A stretch of DNA of 64,000 bases from Cenococcum geophilum. Lineage: Eukaryota. Below are positions 62,140 to 64,000 of this stretch, in pieces. The stretch's first letter is position 1, and each line of letters starts with the position of its first letter. The notes beneath the pieces are model-generated. The model searched no databases. It saw only the letters and a program-made list of their open reading frames with translations, and was not told the DNA's origin. A program made the translations under genes and the position numbers. Location: positions 15,624,001-15,688,000 of the forward strand of contig CP158635.1 in NCBI GenBank assembly GCA_050273025.1, given 5' to 3'.

Positions 62140-64000
62140 ATACCTATTAGACAAATACTCTTTATCTAAGGAGAGTAAATACACAGATTTAAAAACTAAC
62201 GAAGCTAGTTCTAGTATAGACTTAACCGACGTTAATACCGGTAGTAATAATAACAATAATAATCGGGCATAGCTCCTCGCTAACGAAGACTACCCGCCCA
62301 AGTACTACCTTAAATAGCTTAATACGTTTAACAAAGTAAAATATACAAAGGAGGATTATAAACCTAGCAGTACCTATCTACTTAACTGCATTAAAGAGCA
62401 GTAATGCCAGTAAGCAGCCCATCTCTTTCCGTTTCCCTGCTATATTATACCACCCTAATAGCCCTAACATATGGCATAGATTCTAGGCGTACTTAGAAAA
62501 GGACCCTTAAAAGGCCTATATAACCGTCTCTCTTTACAGTCTCCATAGCTTTTTTAACTAACTGCTTAATTAACGCTAAGGGAAAGGAGGAAGAAGGCGC
62601 CGCGGGACTAAGGTATTGAGCTCCCTTAGGATATACTAGAAGGTCTACCACCTTATATATAAAAGAGCGACTAGTGCGAAGCTTAATAGTCAGTTAAATA
62701 GGAATATATATAAGGTAAGCGCATCCTAGCTGCTTTAAGATGTTGTATACCCTAGGCTTCGGACGTAACTAATTTTAGGGGTTAGGTGCTTAGAAAGCTG
62801 GCTAAGAAGTATAACTTAAAAAAGACGGGGCTAGAGAAGCCCTATATATATATAGAGGACCTTATAGAAGTGCTGCGGACAAACCTAATAACGACTAAAA
62901 AGAGGTACTCCTATAGACGCTATAGGATACTACTCCAGCTATATCTATAACTGGGTGGTTTTACTATAAATCGGCCCCAAGCCCTCCTTAATCTCTACTA
63001 TCGGCATATTAGGGTCACGCTACTCCAGGACCTAGAGGGTGGGCCCCACCGTATTTTACTAGAATTTATATTTAAATTTATAAAGGAGTACCTTAGTATA
63101 AAAGATATATAGGTTCTTAAAGTTTTATCCTTTCCTTTTAGTTGCTACTATTTATAACGTTATAAAATAAGTACTAATACTTACCTGCTAACTAGAAATA
63201 CCTTCCCTATTCCTAAAATTATCTACAACCTATCCCTTAGCTTTAGCCCCCATATCTTCCTTCTTAGTCTCCTTTTCGCTAATTAGGCGTTCATAGTATA
63301 TAACCTTACATCTCCTAAGAAGCTAAGCAAGTTTTATATTAAGCCAGGTCGTAATAAGCTACCATTACGGCTAAATCAGAAACTAGATAATATTCCTATG
63401 TTCCGCCGGTTAGTAAGGACTCTAAATAGCTAGACCATTTCTTGTAATAAACCTCTTCTATACTTTACCCTTGCACCCTAGATTAAAGGGCTTAGGAAGA
63501 TTACTGGCTTTACTCAGGTCTCTTACCTATATTCGCTTAGATATAGTACTAAAAAGGCATTTAATAAAAATAGTAAGCTCTGTTATAACCGGCCTTTCTA
63601 TTAAAAGCACTAAAGAGAAATATAGGTAACGTTAGCAAGACTATACAAAACCTAATAATGCAGTATGCCGATATACGAACGTTCTTAAGGCACTACCTAT
63701 CGCGACGTATTATAGTAGACACATAGGCAATTATCTAAGGCCTTTAGCCCTAAGATGTATTAATATGGGCCGCTTATACTATAAGCCGTTTAATTAATCC
63801 TTAATAACCGCGGCGGCTTATAATAGAACAATCTTTATTAGTTAACGATTATCCTACTATCCGTTCTCTGCTTAAGTAAAGAGAGTAACTTAAATGCCGT
63901 TTTAAAGGTAAAGCTATAAAACATCCAAAGTATAAGGCGCTTAATGGCGAAATTAATAGGGAAAGGTAATGCTAGCGGTATGTACTTTTTAAAGATATTA
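62140..64000 (+). pseudogene. DUF3435 tyrosine recombinase (Starship 'captain'), RIP-inactivated, intron-containing, truncated by the window edge
   Basis: EDYPPKYYLK*LNTF (HPPEYY). KPYIYIEDL..TTKKRYSYRRYRILLQLYL*LGGFTINRPQALL (catalytic Arg in NRP at ~62970). VTLLQDLEGGPHRILLEF. YSLRY at ~63530. QNLIMQYADIRTFLRHYLSRR (MQHA...HYL) at 63645-63705. Confidence 0.9.

Larger units (their letters stand above)
1..64000. other. RIP-mutated (repeat-induced point mutation) AT-rich repeat compartment of a filamentous ascomycete
   Basis: TpA is pervasive and CpA/TpG is scarce. Conserved motifs are altered only by transitions (DGGG>NSSS, HRD>Y*D, W>TAG, Q>TAA/TAG). Paired LTRs differ by C/T and G/A changes. 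GT..AG introns with ctaa-type branch sites are present. Confidence 0.95.
60800..64000 (+). mobile_element. 5' (captain) end of a Starship-type element, continuing beyond the window
   Basis: Sharp junction inside an LTR, then a ~1.3-kb non-coding leader, then a DUF3435 recombinase as the first gene, pointing inward. Confidence 0.7.

Noticed and set aside
1..64000. Alternative genetic code (TAA/TAG = Gln) or stop-codon readthrough explaining the many in-frame stops
   Set aside because: Stops also replace Trp and Arg, and catalytic residues show G>A/C>T missense changes (D>N, G>S/R, H>Y). That pattern is RIP, not recoding.

Overview
Filamentous-ascomycete (Pezizomycotina-type) DNA that has been heavily mutated by RIP. 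TpA is in strong excess, CpA/TpG is scarce, and in-frame TAA/TAG fall at conserved Gln/Trp/Arg positions, so no intact protein-coding gene survives and the supplied ORF track is almost all fragments or shadows. Undoing the C>T/G>A changes by eye reveals a nested set of mobile elements. (i) Positions 1-55 kb look like the fossil cargo of a Starship-type giant element: a DUF3723 gene divergent from a patatin-like phospholipase, a ferric reductase, a JmjC-domain gene, two protein kinases, an F-box gene and several unknown genes, including a paralogous pair. (ii) A complete Copia LTR retrotransposon (2679-9048, 174-bp LTRs, TSD CTTAT) sits inside the patatin gene. (iii) A ~16-kb gene-bearing block (35802-51776) is bounded by 252-bp inverted repeats with terminal hairpins and has no recognisable transposase. 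(iv) A second Copia (55434-60799) has its 3' LTR cut after 38 bp by new sequence that leads, through arrays of 11-bp repeats, into a DUF3435 tyrosine-recombinase (Starship captain) pseudogene running off the right edge. Pseudogene boundaries are approximate because they come from manual translation, and family calls are motif recognition, not database searches.
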